A stretch of 64,000 nt of DNA from an uncultured Verrucomicrobia subdivision 3 bacterium (GTDB taxonomy: Bacteria > Verrucomicrobiota > Verrucomicrobiia > Limisphaerales > UBA11358), in the NCBI GenBank assembly GCA_903889895.1, contig CAISYZ010000089.1, forward strand, positions 5,274 to 69,273. The letters are read 5' to 3'. A model generated the notes under the pieces. The model saw only the letters and a program-made list of their open reading frames with translations. It was not told the DNA's origin and made no database searches. This document shows positions 9,552 to 20,240 of the stretch, one piece after another (position 1 is the stretch's first letter; each line of letters opens with the position of its first letter). The position numbers were made by a program, and so were the translations under genes.

Positions 9552-10376
9552 CTAAATTTTTATAGCATCAATTTCGAGCCGCACCATGCGGACGTGGATT
9601 TGGCCAGCGGCATCCGGCGGATGTCTGGCAACGTAGCGCTGCGTAATTGCCGCGATGAATTCCCCGCGCAAATTTTCCGGCACACGCTGGACAAACGGCA
9701 GCCACGTCGTCCGCAGCCACGTCGCAAAACCTTCCGCGCCAGCAAAAGCGGCATCTTTCGGCGCTAGCTTCAACGATTGAATTTTGAAACCAAACTTCGG
9801 CAACCAATTTTCGTAATCGCCCAGCGAATAAAAAAAATACGGCATCGGCATCCCGCGGAAAAATTCACGCCAGTGCTTCAGCCGCATCTCCGGCCGCAGC
9901 GCCAGAAAGACGTCGTGCGCGTTGCCTTTGCCGCCGCAGGAAACTATCAATCGTCCGTCGGGCTTCAGAACCGTTGACGCGCCGCGCAGAAATTTTTCAT
10001 GATCATCCACCCAGTGCATAGCGGCGTTGGAAAAGACGAGGTCGAAGCCGCTGGCAGCATCGCCTTCACCGATTTCGCGCGCGTCGGAAACTTCAAATTT
10101 CAGGTTTGAAATTTTTGACGGTGGAAATTGTTTTTTGGCGTAGGCAACCATTTCCGCCGAGGCATCAACGCCGACCGCTGAACCGTGCGGCACGGCGTGG
10201 GCGAGCTCTGCCGTCACCTTACCGTCGCCGCAGCCGACATCAAGAATTCGTTCGTCGCCGCGCAGATGCAGCCGCGCGATCAGCTCGCGCGCCCAGCTTT
10301 GTTGCACGACGGAATTCGCGGCGTATTCGGCCGCGTTCCACTTAGCTGGTTGAGCGTTCTTAAGCCGCACGATCAC
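9552..10376 (-). CDS. Class I SAM-dependent methyltransferase (trans-aconitate methyltransferase-like)
   Basis: 'ILDVGCGDGKVT' is SAM motif I, and 'FDLVFSNAAMHWV' is also present. The ATG-defined ORF (to 10520) would overlap argC by about 150 nt. A GTG at 10376 or 10370 gives a 4-nt overlap or a small gap instead, so the start is uncertain. Confidence 0.7.
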   Translation of the reverse strand: MIVRLKNAQPAKWNAAEYAANSVVQQSWARELIARLHLRGDERILDVGCGDGKVTAELAHAVPHGSAVGVDASAEMVAYAKKQFPPSKISNLKFEVSDAREIGEGDAASGFDLVFSNAAMHWVDDHEKFLRGASTVLKPDGRLIVSCGGKGNAHDVFLALRPEMRLKHWREFFRGMPMPYFFYSLGDYENWLPKFGFKIQSLKLAPKDAAFAGAEGFATWLRTTWLPFVQRVPENLRGEFIAAITQRYVARHPPDAAGQIHVRMVRLEIDAIKI

Positions 10377-11410
10377 ACCAAGCCGGCAGTTTCCGGCCAG
10401 CCGCACAGGAGATTCATGCTTTGCACCGCCTGACCGCTCGCGCCTTTGACCAAGTTGTCTTCCGCGCTCATCACGATGAGCCGGCCGGTGCGCGGATCGA
10501 GCCGCCACGCGATTTCGCAAACGTTCGTTCCGACGACATTTTTTGTGTCGGGCAAAGCTTTGCCTTCAAGCAGCCGCACAAACGGTTCGTTCGCGTAAGC
10601 CTTGGCATAGCACGAGGTGATGGCTTCGGCGTTCGCCTCTTTCGTTGGCTCCAGATAAAGTGTCGTCAATATGCCGCGGTTCACCGGAATCAAGTGCGGA
10701 GTAAATTGAATGACTACTTTAGATCCGGCGGCGATTGAAAGTTGTTCTTCAATTTCCGACAAATGCCGATGCTTCGGCACGCCATAGGGCCGCACGCTTT
10801 CGTTGCATTCGCAAAACAGATAATCAATCTCCGCCTTGCGCCCCGCGCCGCTGACGCCGCTCATGGAATCAGCGATGATGCCGGCGGGCTTGATCAGGCC
10901 AGCCTTCAAAAGAGGAATCGTCGGCAACAATATGCTCGTTGGATAGCAGCCGGGCGAGGCGATGAGCAAAGATTTTTTGATTTCTTCGCGGTAAAATTCC
11001 GGCAAACCGTAAACAGATTTTTTCAACAGCTCCGGCGCGGGATGCTCGTGCGCGTAAAATTCTTTGTAAATCTCCGCGCTTTTGAGCCGGAAGTCCGCGC
11101 TCAAATCAATCACGATGACGCCGGCGGCGTTCAGCGGCACGGCGAATTCCGCCGCGACGCCGTGCGGCAATGCGAGAAAAACCACGTCAGCTTGCTTGGC
11201 GAGCAATTCAGCATTCGGCTCGACGAACCGGAGTAACTTTGATTTCGGATGGCTGGCGAATTTTGGAAATACCTGTGCTAGCGTCTGTCCTGCGTTCGCG
11301 CGCGAGGTGACGGCCACCAATTCCGCGTGCGGATGATGGAGCAGCAGTTTTACCAACTCTTCGCCGGAGTAACCCGACGCGCCAACAATGGCGACTTTCT
11401 TTGTTTTCAT
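10373..11410 (-). CDS. argC: N-acetyl-gamma-glutamyl-phosphate reductase
   Basis: 345 aa. 'VAIVGASGYSGEEL' and the active-site 'ASPGCYPTS' are present. Confidence 0.9.
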   Translation of the reverse strand: MKTKKVAIVGASGYSGEELVKLLLHHPHAELVAVTSRANAGQTLAQVFPKFASHPKSKLLRFVEPNAELLAKQADVVFLALPHGVAAEFAVPLNAAGVIVIDLSADFRLKSAEIYKEFYAHEHPAPELLKKSVYGLPEFYREEIKKSLLIASPGCYPTSILLPTIPLLKAGLIKPAGIIADSMSGVSGAGRKAEIDYLFCECNESVRPYGVPKHRHLSEIEEQLSIAAGSKVVIQFTPHLIPVNRGILTTLYLEPTKEANAEAITSCYAKAYANEPFVRLLEGKALPDTKNVVGTNVCEIAWRLDPRTGRLIVMSAEDNLVKGASGQAVQSMNLLCGWPETAGLV

Positions 11411-11452
11411 TTTGAAAAATTTTAACCACGAAAAACCCGAACCACACGAAAA

Positions 11453-11484
11453 TAAAAAACCCGCCGGCCAAGGCCAGCGGGTTT
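11453..11484 (-). terminator. Rho-independent terminator downstream of rpsI
   Basis: The minus strand reads CCCGCTGGCC-tt-GGCCGGCGGG followed by TTTTTTATTTT. Confidence 0.6.
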
Positions 11485-11503
11485 GAAAAACTTTCTTGTT
11501 CGA

Positions 11504-11902
11504 TCAACGCTTTGAGAACTGGAAGCGTTTGCGGGCGCCTGGCTGGCCGTATTTCTTGCGCTCGCGGGCGCGCGGGTCGCGCGTGAGAAACCCTTCCGCT
11601 TTCAGCGCGGGGCGCAGGGCAGCGTCGAACTTGAGCAGCGCGCGGGAAATGCCGTGGCGCACCGCACCGGCTTGGCCGTTCGGGCCGCCGCCGGTGACAT
11701 TCACGCGCACGTCCAGCTTGTCCGACGTGGCGGTAATGGTCAGCGGCTGGGTGACCGCAGAGCGCTGGGTGTCGAGCGGAAAATAATTTTCAAGCGGGCG
11801 ACCGTTAACGGTGATTTTGCCGCTGCCGCTCGCGATGCGAACGCGGGCGATAGCAGTTTTGCGGCGACCGGTGCCGAGGAATTCGTTGGTGGTTTTGGCC
11901 AT
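11504..11902 (-). CDS. rpsI: 30S ribosomal protein S9
   Basis: 132 aa, with '[12 protein letters not shown]' and the C-terminal '[18 protein letters not shown]'. Confidence 0.95.
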   Translation of the reverse strand: MAKTTNEFLGTGRRKTAIARVRIASGSGKITVNGRPLENYFPLDTQRSAVTQPLTITATSDKLDVRVNVTGGGPNGQAGAVRHGISRALLKFDAALRPALKAEGFLTRDPRARERKKYGQPGARKRFQFSKR

Positions 11903-11910
11903 AACAGAAA

Positions 11911-12345
11911 TTATTTGCCGGCGGCGAGCACGGCAGGCGTCTGGGCCTGATGGTCGTGCTTCGGACCTTTGAAGACTTTGAGTTTGGTTAGCAGCACGCG
12001 GCCGAGGCGGTTCTTCGGAATCATCCCCTTCACGGCGTGTTCAATGAGCTTTTCCGGATTCTTGGCGCGAACCTGCTCGACGGTGGCGTATTTTTCGCCG
12101 CCCTTCCAGCCTGAATAGCTCATGTATTCCTTGGCGGTCTCTTTTTTGCCGGTGACGCGCACTTTTTCGGCGTTGACGACGATGACAAAGTCACCAGCAT
12201 CGAGGTGCGGCGTGTAAACAGGCTTGTTTTTCCCGCGCAAAATATCAGCCACCTGCACGGCCAGTCGGCCAAGCACGGCGCCGTCGGCATCAATGACATG
12301 CCACTTGCGCTGGTCCAAATTAACTTTCGGCAAATGCGTTTTCAT
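11911..12345 (-). CDS. rplM: 50S ribosomal protein L13
   Basis: 144 aa, with '[29 protein letters not shown]'. Confidence 0.95.
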   Translation of the reverse strand: MKTHLPKVNLDQRKWHVIDADGAVLGRLAVQVADILRGKNKPVYTPHLDAGDFVIVVNAEKVRVTGKKETAKEYMSYSGWKGGEKYATVEQVRAKNPEKLIEHAVKGMIPKNRLGRVLLTKLKVFKGPKHDHQAQTPAVLAAGK

Positions 12346-12462
12346 CTAAATTCGAAACAAAGGGACGTGGAAACTATCAAACGGGCGAATGAAGTCAACA
12401 CGTGATTTTAATAAAATCGGTTTGCGCTTTACAGCCGTTCCCAAAATCTAAAGATTTGGCTG

Positions 12463-13656
12463 ATGAAAAAGCTGGTTTCAATCTTCACAGTTGCCGTTGT
12501 GCTCGTCGGAGTTTTTTGTGCGCCCGTTGCCCAAGCCGCCGTGCTGGCACAGGCTTCACCCACCAATTCACCGCCGCCCGGTGTGGAGATTGCCAAGACA
12601 CTTTCCACCATCACCGGCGTGGCCATTTCGCCGCTGCTGGGTGTCAGCGCGGTTGGCTGTTACCAATGGAGCAAGGCCAAGACTGACGCGGAAAAAGCCA
12701 AACTGCCGTGGTTCGCAAATCCATTGTTCTGGGTGCCGGCAATTTTGCTGTTGGTCGCTTGCTTCATCAAAGACACCGCCGGCGTGGCGTTGCCGACCGT
12801 TGCCAAAAAACCTTTTGACGCGCTTGAAACCGTCGAGCATAAAATCTCCGGTCTCGTCGCCACCGGCGCGTTTGTGCCGATCATGGTCAACATCATTCAC
12901 GAGGCCAACTCCACCGGTGGCCAACCCGTCGCGTCTCTGAGTTCGCTCGGTTTTGCCGCGATGGATTTTAGCTGGCTCTACAATGTGCTGGTGACGCCCG
13001 TGGCGATGGCGGCATTTTTCATTGTCTTTCTCGCCTCCAATGCCATCAACATCCTCATTCTCATGAGCCCGTTCACGACCGTGGATACGGCGCTCAAGGG
13101 ATTCCGAACGCTGATTCTGGCCAGCGTCGCCGGGACGGCGTTCATGAATCCGTGGGTCGGCGCAGCTTGGGCACTGATAGTCCTGTTGATTTCATATTTC
13201 ATCGCCGGCTGGAGTTTCAGGTTGTCACACTTCGGCTTAGTGTTCATCTGGGAATTTTTCACCGGCAGCAAAGGTCGTTTCCATCCCGACGCCAAGGAAA
13301 ATAAAATGTTTCTCGGCCGCAAAATTGAAAAAGTTCCCACGCGCACCTACGGCAAATTGTTTCGCAATGAAAAGAGCGAACTAGTTTTCGACTACCATCC
13401 GTGGCTGGTGTTGCCAAAACGCACGCTGATTCTGCCCGCCGGCAATTACGAAGCCGGGCGCGGACTCTTCTACTCCGAAATTTTACGGGTCGAAGGCGAT
13501 TCTGCGAAAACCGTGATTCTGCTGCCACCGCGCTATCGCGGCCACGAGGAAGAGATCGCAAAGATTTATAATTTTGCCGGCGTCCGCGATGTCGGTATCC
13601 GCGCCGCGTGGGCTTGGTTCAAAAGCCTGTTCGGCAGCAAAACGGCCGTGGCTTGA
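12463..13656 (+). CDS. Polytopic membrane protein of unknown function with a soluble C-terminal domain
   Basis: 397 aa, with a signal peptide and at least 6 hydrophobic segments. Codon usage is consistent with the neighbouring genes. No family was recognised. Confidence 0.5.
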   Translation: MKKLVSIFTVAVVLVGVFCAPVAQAAVLAQASPTNSPPPGVEIAKTLSTITGVAISPLLGVSAVGCYQWSKAKTDAEKAKLPWFANPLFWVPAILLLVACFIKDTAGVALPTVAKKPFDALETVEHKISGLVATGAFVPIMVNIIHEANSTGGQPVASLSSLGFAAMDFSWLYNVLVTPVAMAAFFIVFLASNAINILILMSPFTTVDTALKGFRTLILASVAGTAFMNPWVGAAWALIVLLISYFIAGWSFRLSHFGLVFIWEFFTGSKGRFHPDAKENKMFLGRKIEKVPTRTYGKLFRNEKSELVFDYHPWLVLPKRTLILPAGNYEAGRGLFYSEILRVEGDSAKTVILLPPRYRGHEEEIAKIYNFAGVRDVGIRAAWAWFKSLFGSKTAVA

Positions 13657-13726
13657 GTGCCGCATTTGCTTGACGCCACTGGTGGAAAGCGGCATTTAAC
13701 CGCGCCAACAGTGCGGTTATTTTTCC

Positions 13727-15235
13727 ATGAAACTTTTCCGACGCAAACACGCCGCCGACTTGCAGGCCGAGGCCACCAGCGACCAGAGCCTCAAACGCGC
13801 GCTCGGCCCGATCAACCTCACCTCGCTCGGTATCGGCGGCATCATCGGCGCGGGCATTTTCGTGCTGACCGGCCACGCGGCGGCGCAATACGCCGGGCCG
13901 GCGATTGTCCTGTCGTTCATTTTTGCGGGCATTGCCTGCGCATTCGCCGGGCTTTGCTACGCGGAATTCGCCTCGATGATTCCGCTGTCCGGCTCGGCTT
14001 ACACTTACGGCTACGCGACGCTCGGCGAATTAATCGCGTGGATCATCGGTTGGGATTTGATTCTGGAATATTTATTCGCCGCCTCGACCGTGGCCGTCGG
14101 CTGGAGCGGCTACGTCGTTTCGTTCCTGAAAGATTTTGGGGTCACGATCCCCGCCGCGTTCACGTCCGCGCCTTACAACCACACCACGCCGCCCGACGCG
14201 CAATGGTGGAACCTCTGGCAGCTCTTCGCCAAAGGCTGGGTCAGCACCGGTGCCGTGCTGAATGTCCCAGCCATGGTCGTCGTCGGCATCATCACCATCC
14301 TGCTCATCATCGGCATCAAGGAATCGGCGAATTTCAACAACTTCATCGTCGCCTTGAAACTCGCGGTCATTCTCACCTTCATCGGCGTCGGCGCGGCCTA
14401 CATCAACCAGGGTAACTGGCATCCGTTCGTGCCGCCGGCGGATGCGGCGGGCAATTTCGGCTGGCATGGCGTGATCCACGGCGCGGCGGTGATTTTTTTC
14501 GCCTACATCGGCTTCGACGCGGTATCCACCGCCGCGCAGGAAGCGAGACGACCGCAGCGAGACATGCCCATCGGCTTGCTCGGCTCGCTCGGCATCTGCA
14601 CGGTTCTTTACATCGCCGTCGCGCTGGTGCTGACCGGCATCGTCAATTATTCGCAGCTCAACGTGCCCGCGCCAATCGCGCTGGCCATCAATTCTCTCGG
14701 CTCGTCGCTTGCGTGGCTTACATTTTTCATCAAGATCGGCGCTATCGCCGGATTGTCGTCGGTCATCCTGGTGCTGCTGCTCGGCCAGTCGCGGATTTTT
14801 TACACGATGTCCAAGGACGGCTTGCTGCCGCCGGTATTCAGCGCCGTGCATCCGAAATTCCGGACGCCCTGGCTCGCGCAACTCTTGACTGGCGCGGCCG
14901 CCATGCTCATCGCCGGATTGTTTCCAATCGGCTTGCTCGGCGAACTCGTTTCCATCGGCACGCTGCTGGCGTTTGCCATCGTCTGCGCCGGCGTTTTGGT
15001 TTTGCGCTGCACCGACCCGCAAATCGCGCGGCCGTTTCGCACGCCTGCCGTCTGGCTGTGCGCGCCGCTCGGCGTGGGTTCCTGCATTTTTCTCATGGCC
15101 GCCGGGTTGCCCGCTGATACTTGGGCGCGGCTCATCGTCTGGATGGTCATCGGCTTCGTGATTTACTTCGCCTACGGCCACCGGCATTCCAAGCTCCACC
15201 ACGGCTTGACCGGCAAAACCGATACATCCCGCTAA
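13727..15235 (+). CDS. APC-superfamily amino acid permease (cationic amino acid transporter-like)
   Basis: 502 aa. 'LKRALGPINLTSLGIGGIIGAGIFVLTG' is present, with about 12-14 TM segments. Confidence 0.85.
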   Translation: MKLFRRKHAADLQAEATSDQSLKRALGPINLTSLGIGGIIGAGIFVLTGHAAAQYAGPAIVLSFIFAGIACAFAGLCYAEFASMIPLSGSAYTYGYATLGELIAWIIGWDLILEYLFAASTVAVGWSGYVVSFLKDFGVTIPAAFTSAPYNHTTPPDAQWWNLWQLFAKGWVSTGAVLNVPAMVVVGIITILLIIGIKESANFNNFIVALKLAVILTFIGVGAAYINQGNWHPFVPPADAAGNFGWHGVIHGAAVIFFAYIGFDAVSTAAQEARRPQRDMPIGLLGSLGICTVLYIAVALVLTGIVNYSQLNVPAPIALAINSLGSSLAWLTFFIKIGAIAGLSSVILVLLLGQSRIFYTMSKDGLLPPVFSAVHPKFRTPWLAQLLTGAAAMLIAGLFPIGLLGELVSIGTLLAFAIVCAGVLVLRCTDPQIARPFRTPAVWLCAPLGVGSCIFLMAAGLPADTWARLIVWMVIGFVIYFAYGHRHSKLHHGLTGKTDTSR

Positions 15236-15285
15236 CGTCGGTTTCTGCTGGTGGACAACTTTCGTTTGACAAATCACCGGCTGTT

Positions 15286-15303
15286 ACCTACCGTTCGGTA
15301 GGT
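15286..15303. promoter_or_regulatory. Candidate TetR operator: the 18-bp palindrome ACCTACCG-TT-CGGTAGGT, immediately upstream of the TetR start codon
   Basis: The 8+2+8 inverted repeat is perfect. A TTGACA hexamer lies at 15266-15271. Confidence 0.45.
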
Positions 15304-15305
15304 TT

Positions 15306-15941
15306 ATGGCCAAAGATACCTTGGACACCCGCCAGTTGATTCTCCGCGCCGCGCTCAAGCGGTTCGCGAACGGCGGCTATGCGGCCACATCCGTCCAGGA
15401 TATCGTGGACGACGCGCAGGTTTCCAAGCCGGCGCTTTATTATCATTTCAAGGACAAGGCCGGGCTGTTCCAAGCGCTCGTCCATGAGGCGCATGACGAA
15501 CGCTACCGCATCCTCCGCGAGGCGGCGGCGCAGGCTGAAGGCATTCGCGCGCAACTGGAGAACATTCTTGCCGGGCTGTTCGATTACTTCGGCAAAAACC
15601 GCGAGCTGATGCGGATTTCCTTCGCCACCATGTTCGCCGCGCCGGGCGAGGTGCCGGAAAACCTGTCCTACACCGACAAGTGCGAGCGCAATTTTGAATT
15701 CGTCCGCTCGCTCATCAAGCGCGCCCAGAAGTCCGGCGAACTGGACAAACATTTTGACTGTCAGGAATTGGCATTTGGTTTTTACGGACTGGCCAATTTT
15801 CACCTTGTCGGGCATCTCGTCTGCAAGGACTGCCAGCCGGACCGCTTGACTGCGCAACGCGTGGTGGAATTATTTCTGGCCGGCGCCGCTCCGAAGGCGG
15901 ATGCAAAAAAAATACGGGTTCAATCCAAGGAGAAAAAATGA
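15306..15941 (+). CDS. TetR/AcrR family transcriptional regulator
   Basis: 211 aa. The N-terminal HTH is 'RQLILRAALKRFANGGYAATSVQDIVDDAQVSKPALYYHF'. Confidence 0.85.
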   Translation: MAKDTLDTRQLILRAALKRFANGGYAATSVQDIVDDAQVSKPALYYHFKDKAGLFQALVHEAHDERYRILREAAAQAEGIRAQLENILAGLFDYFGKNRELMRISFATMFAAPGEVPENLSYTDKCERNFEFVRSLIKRAQKSGELDKHFDCQELAFGFYGLANFHLVGHLVCKDCQPDRLTAQRVVELFLAGAAPKADAKKIRVQSKEKK

Positions 15942-17062
15942 AGAAAAAAATAGTTTTTGGCATCATTATCGTGGTGGCTGTCGCCGGCGGGCTGGCAGCG
16001 GTGAAGGCGTTGCAAATCAAAACTCTCATCGGTTCCGCCGCGTTATTCGCGCCGCCGCCGGAAACCATCGCGACGGCTGTGGCGCACGCAGAAAACTGGG
16101 CGGACACGCTGCCGGCCGTCGGTTCGGTGAGCGCGGCGCAAGGCGTGACTGTCGCGCCGGAAATTGCCGGCACGATTACGGAAATCGCCTTTGAATCCGG
16201 GGCGACCGTGAAGCAGGGCGATTTATTGTTGAAACTCGACACGTCGTCCGAGGACGCGCAGTTGCGCGCGGCCGAGGCGCAGACGGAACTCGCGCGGCTC
16301 AACGCGGAGCGCAACCGTAAATTGATCGAAGACAAAACCGTTTCACAGTCCGAACTTGACACGACCGAGGCGACGTTGAAACAGGCACAGGCAAATGCCG
16401 ATGCCATCCGTGCCATCATCCAAAAGAAAACTATCCGCGCGCCGTTCGCTGGCAAGCTCGGCATCCGGCTGGTGAACCTCGGCGAATCGCTGGCGGTTGG
16501 GCAGGGTATCGTCTCGCTGCAATCGCTCTCGCCGGTGTTTGTAGATTTTTCGCTCCCGCAACAGGAGTTTGCGCAGTTGCAGACCGGCCTCAAGGTGCGC
16601 GCGTTTCTGGATGCGTATCCGACCAACCAGTTTGAAGGCGAACTGGCCGCGATCAATCCCGACCTCGACGCGGTGACGCGCAGCGTGCGGGTGCGTGCGA
16701 AGTTTGCGAATGATGGCGAACTGCTCCGCGCCGGCATGTTTGCGCGAGTGAGCGTGATTTTGCCGGAGGAGCAACCGGTGCTGGTCGTGCCGTCCACGGC
16801 GGTCATGAGCGCGCCGTATGGCGACTCGGTTTTTGTCATTACACCCGATGACAAACCGGGTTCAACCAATCTTGTGGCGCAGCAGAAATTTGTCCGCACG
16901 GGCCGGATGCACGGTGATTTTATCAGCGTGGAAACCGGCTTGAAAGCGGGCGACAAGGTCGCGACCGCCGGCTTGTTCAAGCTCCGCAATGGCATCAGCG
17001 TGCGCGAAAATAACGAGCTGGCGCCCAAGCCGTCGCTCGCGCCCAATCCGCCGAACACCTGA
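15938..17062 (+). CDS. Efflux RND transporter periplasmic adaptor (membrane fusion protein)
   Basis: 374 aa. It has lipoyl, hairpin and beta-barrel architecture and contains 'IRAPFAGKLGIR'. Its start forms an ATGA overlap with the tetR stop. Confidence 0.85.
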   Translation: MKKKIVFGIIIVVAVAGGLAAVKALQIKTLIGSAALFAPPPETIATAVAHAENWADTLPAVGSVSAAQGVTVAPEIAGTITEIAFESGATVKQGDLLLKLDTSSEDAQLRAAEAQTELARLNAERNRKLIEDKTVSQSELDTTEATLKQAQANADAIRAIIQKKTIRAPFAGKLGIRLVNLGESLAVGQGIVSLQSLSPVFVDFSLPQQEFAQLQTGLKVRAFLDAYPTNQFEGELAAINPDLDAVTRSVRVRAKFANDGELLRAGMFARVSVILPEEQPVLVVPSTAVMSAPYGDSVFVITPDDKPGSTNLVAQQKFVRTGRMHGDFISVETGLKAGDKVATAGLFKLRNGISVRENNELAPKPSLAPNPPNT

Positions 17063-17072
17063 ACGGACGCGC

Positions 17073-20000
17073 ATGAAATCTTTCACGGATATTTTCATCC
17101 GCCGTCCGGTGTTGGCGGTGGTGGTCAGTCTGCTCATTCTCATCGCGGGCTTGCAGGCCATCAGTTCGCTGAATGTGCGGCAATACCCGCGCAGCGAAAA
17201 CGCGACGGTCACGGTGACGACGGTTTACGTCGGCGCGAGTGCGAATCTCGTCCGCGGCTTCATTACGCAGCCGCTGGAGCGCGCCATCGCGGCGGCGGAT
17301 GGCATTGATTACATGGAATCGGCGAGCAAACTCGGCTTGTCCACGATCACCGTGCATCTGCGGCTGAACTACGATTCCAAAAAGGCGCTCGGCGAAATCA
17401 GCTCCAAGGTGGACCAGGTGCGCAACGATCTTCCGCCCGAAGCGGAAATTCCCACGCTGTCCATCGCCACCGCCGATTCACAATTTGCCTCGTGCTATTT
17501 GAGTTTTACCTCCGGCATCAAAACGACCAATGCGGCGGGCGAGGTGGAAAACAAGCCGCTGCTGGAGCCAAACCAAATCACGGATTACCTCGTGCGCATC
17601 GTGCAGCCACGCCTGTCCGCGCTCGAAGGCGTGCAGAAGGCGGACATCCTCGGCAGCCGCACGTTTGCGATGCGCGTCTGGCTGAAACCCGACCGGCTCG
17701 CAGCGTTCAACATCAGCCCGAATGAAGTCCGCCAGGTGCTCGCGGCGAATAATTTTCTTTCCGCCGTCGGCCATACCAAAGGTTCGCTGATGCAGGTAAA
17801 TTTGACGGCGAACACAGATTTGCGCTCTGTCGACGAATTTAAAAAGCTCATCGTGCGCCAGACCGGCGATCAATTTGTGCGCTTGAGCGACATCGCCGAC
17901 GTGGTGCTGGGCGCGGAGGATTACGACAGCGAAGTGCGCTTCAGCGGCGAACACGCGGTGTTCATGGGCGTGTGGGCGCTGCCCAATGCCAATTCGCTCG
18001 ACATGGTCAAGCGTGTCCGCACCGAGATGGCCGCTATCCAAAAAGATCTGCCGACCGGCCTCAACGCATTTGTGGCCTACGATGCGACCAAATATATTGA
18101 CGACGCATTGCATGAAGTGGAGCGCACTCTGGTGATGACGCTGGTCATCGTCGCGATTGTGATTTTCCTTTTTCTCGGTTCGCTGCGGTCTGTGTTGATT
18201 CCGCTAGTGGCGATTCCGTTGTCATTAATCGGGGCGGTGTTTCTAATGCAGACGCTCGGCTTCACGTTGAACCTGCTGACCCTGCTGGCAATTGTCTTGG
18301 CCGTTGGTCTTGTGGTGGACGATGCCATCGTCATTGTGGAAAACGTCGAGCGCCACGTGCGCGAAGGCAAAACGCCGCTGGAATCTGCGTTGCTCGGCGC
18401 GCGCGAATTAGTCGGGCCGGTCATCGCCATGACTATTACGCTCGCGGCGGTCTATGCGCCGATTGCGTTCCAAGGTGGCCTGACCGGCTCGCTGTTCCGC
18501 GAATTTGCACTGACGCTTGCCGGCGCCGTTTTCATTTCTGGCATCGTGGCGTTAACGCTGTCGCCGGTTATGTCGTCCAAACTGCTCAATCACGATATTG
18601 AGGAAAAAGGTCTGGCTGGCCGCATCAACCGTGATTTCGACCGGCTGAAAAATTTCTACGGGCGTGTGCTGGACTGGACGCTCGCGCGGCGACCGTTGAT
18701 TTACACGATTTGGATCGGGTTGTCGCTGCTGACGATTCCGATGTTCAAAATGGCGTGGCAGGCAAAGGAAACCGCGCCGATGGAAGACCAGAGCATCATT
18801 TTTGGCGTCGTGGAAACCCCGCCGGATGCGACCATCGAGCAGGTTTCACATTACACGGACGAGGCTGGTCGCGCGTTCGCAAAAATTCCCGAGATGGTGC
18901 AGGTCTTCCAGATAACGCAGCCGGATTTCGGCATGGGCGGCGTGGTGGTCAAGCCGCGCGGCGAACGTAAGCGCACGGTTTTCCAAATGGTGCCGGAAGT
19001 GCAGGCGATGGTGAACAAAATTCCCGGCGTCCGCATGCTCATGGTCACGCCGCCGCCGCTGCCGACGGGCGGGGAAAATTTTCCGGTGAACCTGATTTTA
19101 TCCTCGACCGCCGAGCCGGATGAGATCTTGAAATTTGCGCAGCAGTTGCAGTTGGAATGCGCGACGAACGGCATGTTTGCTTTTCCGCCCATCGTGGACA
19201 CGAAGGTGGATCAGCCCGAAGTGGAGCTGGTGATAGATCGCGACAAGGTTGCCGCGCTCGGTTTGAATATGGAATCCATTGGCGGCGATTTGGGCGCGCT
19301 CGTTGGCGGCAATTATGTGAACCGTTTTGATTTTTCAGGCCGCAGTTACAAGGTCATTCCGCAGCTCCAGCGTGGCGCGCGGCTGAATGCCGAGCAGTTG
19401 GAAAGCACCTACGTCCGCGGACCGGCGAACCAGATGATTCCCGTCAGCACCTTTGCACATCTGGAGAAACACACCACGCCGCGCGCATTGAACCGGTTCC
19501 AGCAGTTGAATTCGGTAAAGCTGAGCGGCGTGGCCATCGTGCCGCTGGCCACCGCGCTGAAATTTCTCGAAGGCGAATGCGCCAAGACGCTGAACGGCTA
19601 CAAGCTGCCCAGCGGCTCCAAGCTTGATTACACCGGCGACTCGCGGTTTTTGCGCACGGAAGGCGATAAATTCCTGCCCGCCTTCATGCTCGCCGTCGTG
19701 CTGATCATCCTGGTGCTGGCCGCGCAGTTCAACAGTTTCCGCGACCCGTTCATCATCATTCTCGGCTCGGTGCCGCTGGCGATTTTCGGCGCGCTGATTT
19801 TCTGTTTCTGGAAAATGCCGAACCCGAACATTCCGTTCTGGACGGATGGCTGGACGACTTCGATGAACATTTATTCCGAAGTCGGCCTCATCACGCTCGT
19901 CGGTCTCATCGCCAAGAACGGCATTTTGATTGTGGAGTTTGCCAACCAACTCCAGCGCCAGGGTCGCACGAAAACAGTGGCCATTCACGAGTCCGCGATG

Positions 20001-20240
20001 CTGCGGTTACGGCCGGTGCTGATGACCACCGTGGCGACCATCGCCGGCAATTTTCCGCTCACGCTGGTCACCGGCGCGGGCGCGGCGGCACGCAATTCCA
20101 TCGGCATCATCCTAGTTTCCGGCATGAGCATTGGCACGCTGTTTACGCTGTTGGTGGTGCCGTCCATTTATATTTTAATTGCCAAAGATCACGCCGGAGA
20201 AAAACCGGCGGGAGCCGAAGGAGGTTCAAGCCATGAGTGA
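17073..20240 (+). CDS. RND efflux permease (AcrB/HAE1-like)
   Basis: 1055 aa from the ATG at 17073 ('MKSFTDIFIRRPVLAVVVSLL'). 'VVDDAIVIVENVERH' is present, with 12 TMs and two large loops. Confidence 0.9.
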   Translation: MKSFTDIFIRRPVLAVVVSLLILIAGLQAISSLNVRQYPRSENATVTVTTVYVGASANLVRGFITQPLERAIAAADGIDYMESASKLGLSTITVHLRLNYDSKKALGEISSKVDQVRNDLPPEAEIPTLSIATADSQFASCYLSFTSGIKTTNAAGEVENKPLLEPNQITDYLVRIVQPRLSALEGVQKADILGSRTFAMRVWLKPDRLAAFNISPNEVRQVLAANNFLSAVGHTKGSLMQVNLTANTDLRSVDEFKKLIVRQTGDQFVRLSDIADVVLGAEDYDSEVRFSGEHAVFMGVWALPNANSLDMVKRVRTEMAAIQKDLPTGLNAFVAYDATKYIDDALHEVERTLVMTLVIVAIVIFLFLGSLRSVLIPLVAIPLSLIGAVFLMQTLGFTLNLLTLLAIVLAVGLVVDDAIVIVENVERHVREGKTPLESALLGARELVGPVIAMTITLAAVYAPIAFQGGLTGSLFREFALTLAGAVFISGIVALTLSPVMSSKLLNHDIEEKGLAGRINRDFDRLKNFYGRVLDWTLARRPLIYTIWIGLSLLTIPMFKMAWQAKETAPMEDQSIIFGVVETPPDATIEQVSHYTDEAGRAFAKIPEMVQVFQITQPDFGMGGVVVKPRGERKRTVFQMVPEVQAMVNKIPGVRMLMVTPPPLPTGGENFPVNLILSSTAEPDEILKFAQQLQLECATNGMFAFPPIVDTKVDQPEVELVIDRDKVAALGLNMESIGGDLGALVGGNYVNRFDFSGRSYKVIPQLQRGARLNAEQLESTYVRGPANQMIPVSTFAHLEKHTTPRALNRFQQLNSVKLSGVAIVPLATALKFLEGECAKTLNGYKLPSGSKLDYTGDSRFLRTEGDKFLPAFMLAVVLIILVLAAQFNSFRDPFIIILGSVPLAIFGALIFCFWKMPNPNIPFWTDGWTTSMNIYSEVGLITLVGLIAKNGILIVEFANQLQRQGRTKTVAIHESAMLRLRPVLMTTVATIAGNFPLTLVTGAGAAARNSIGIILVSGMSIGTLFTLLVVPSIYILIAKDHAGEKPAGAEGGSSHE

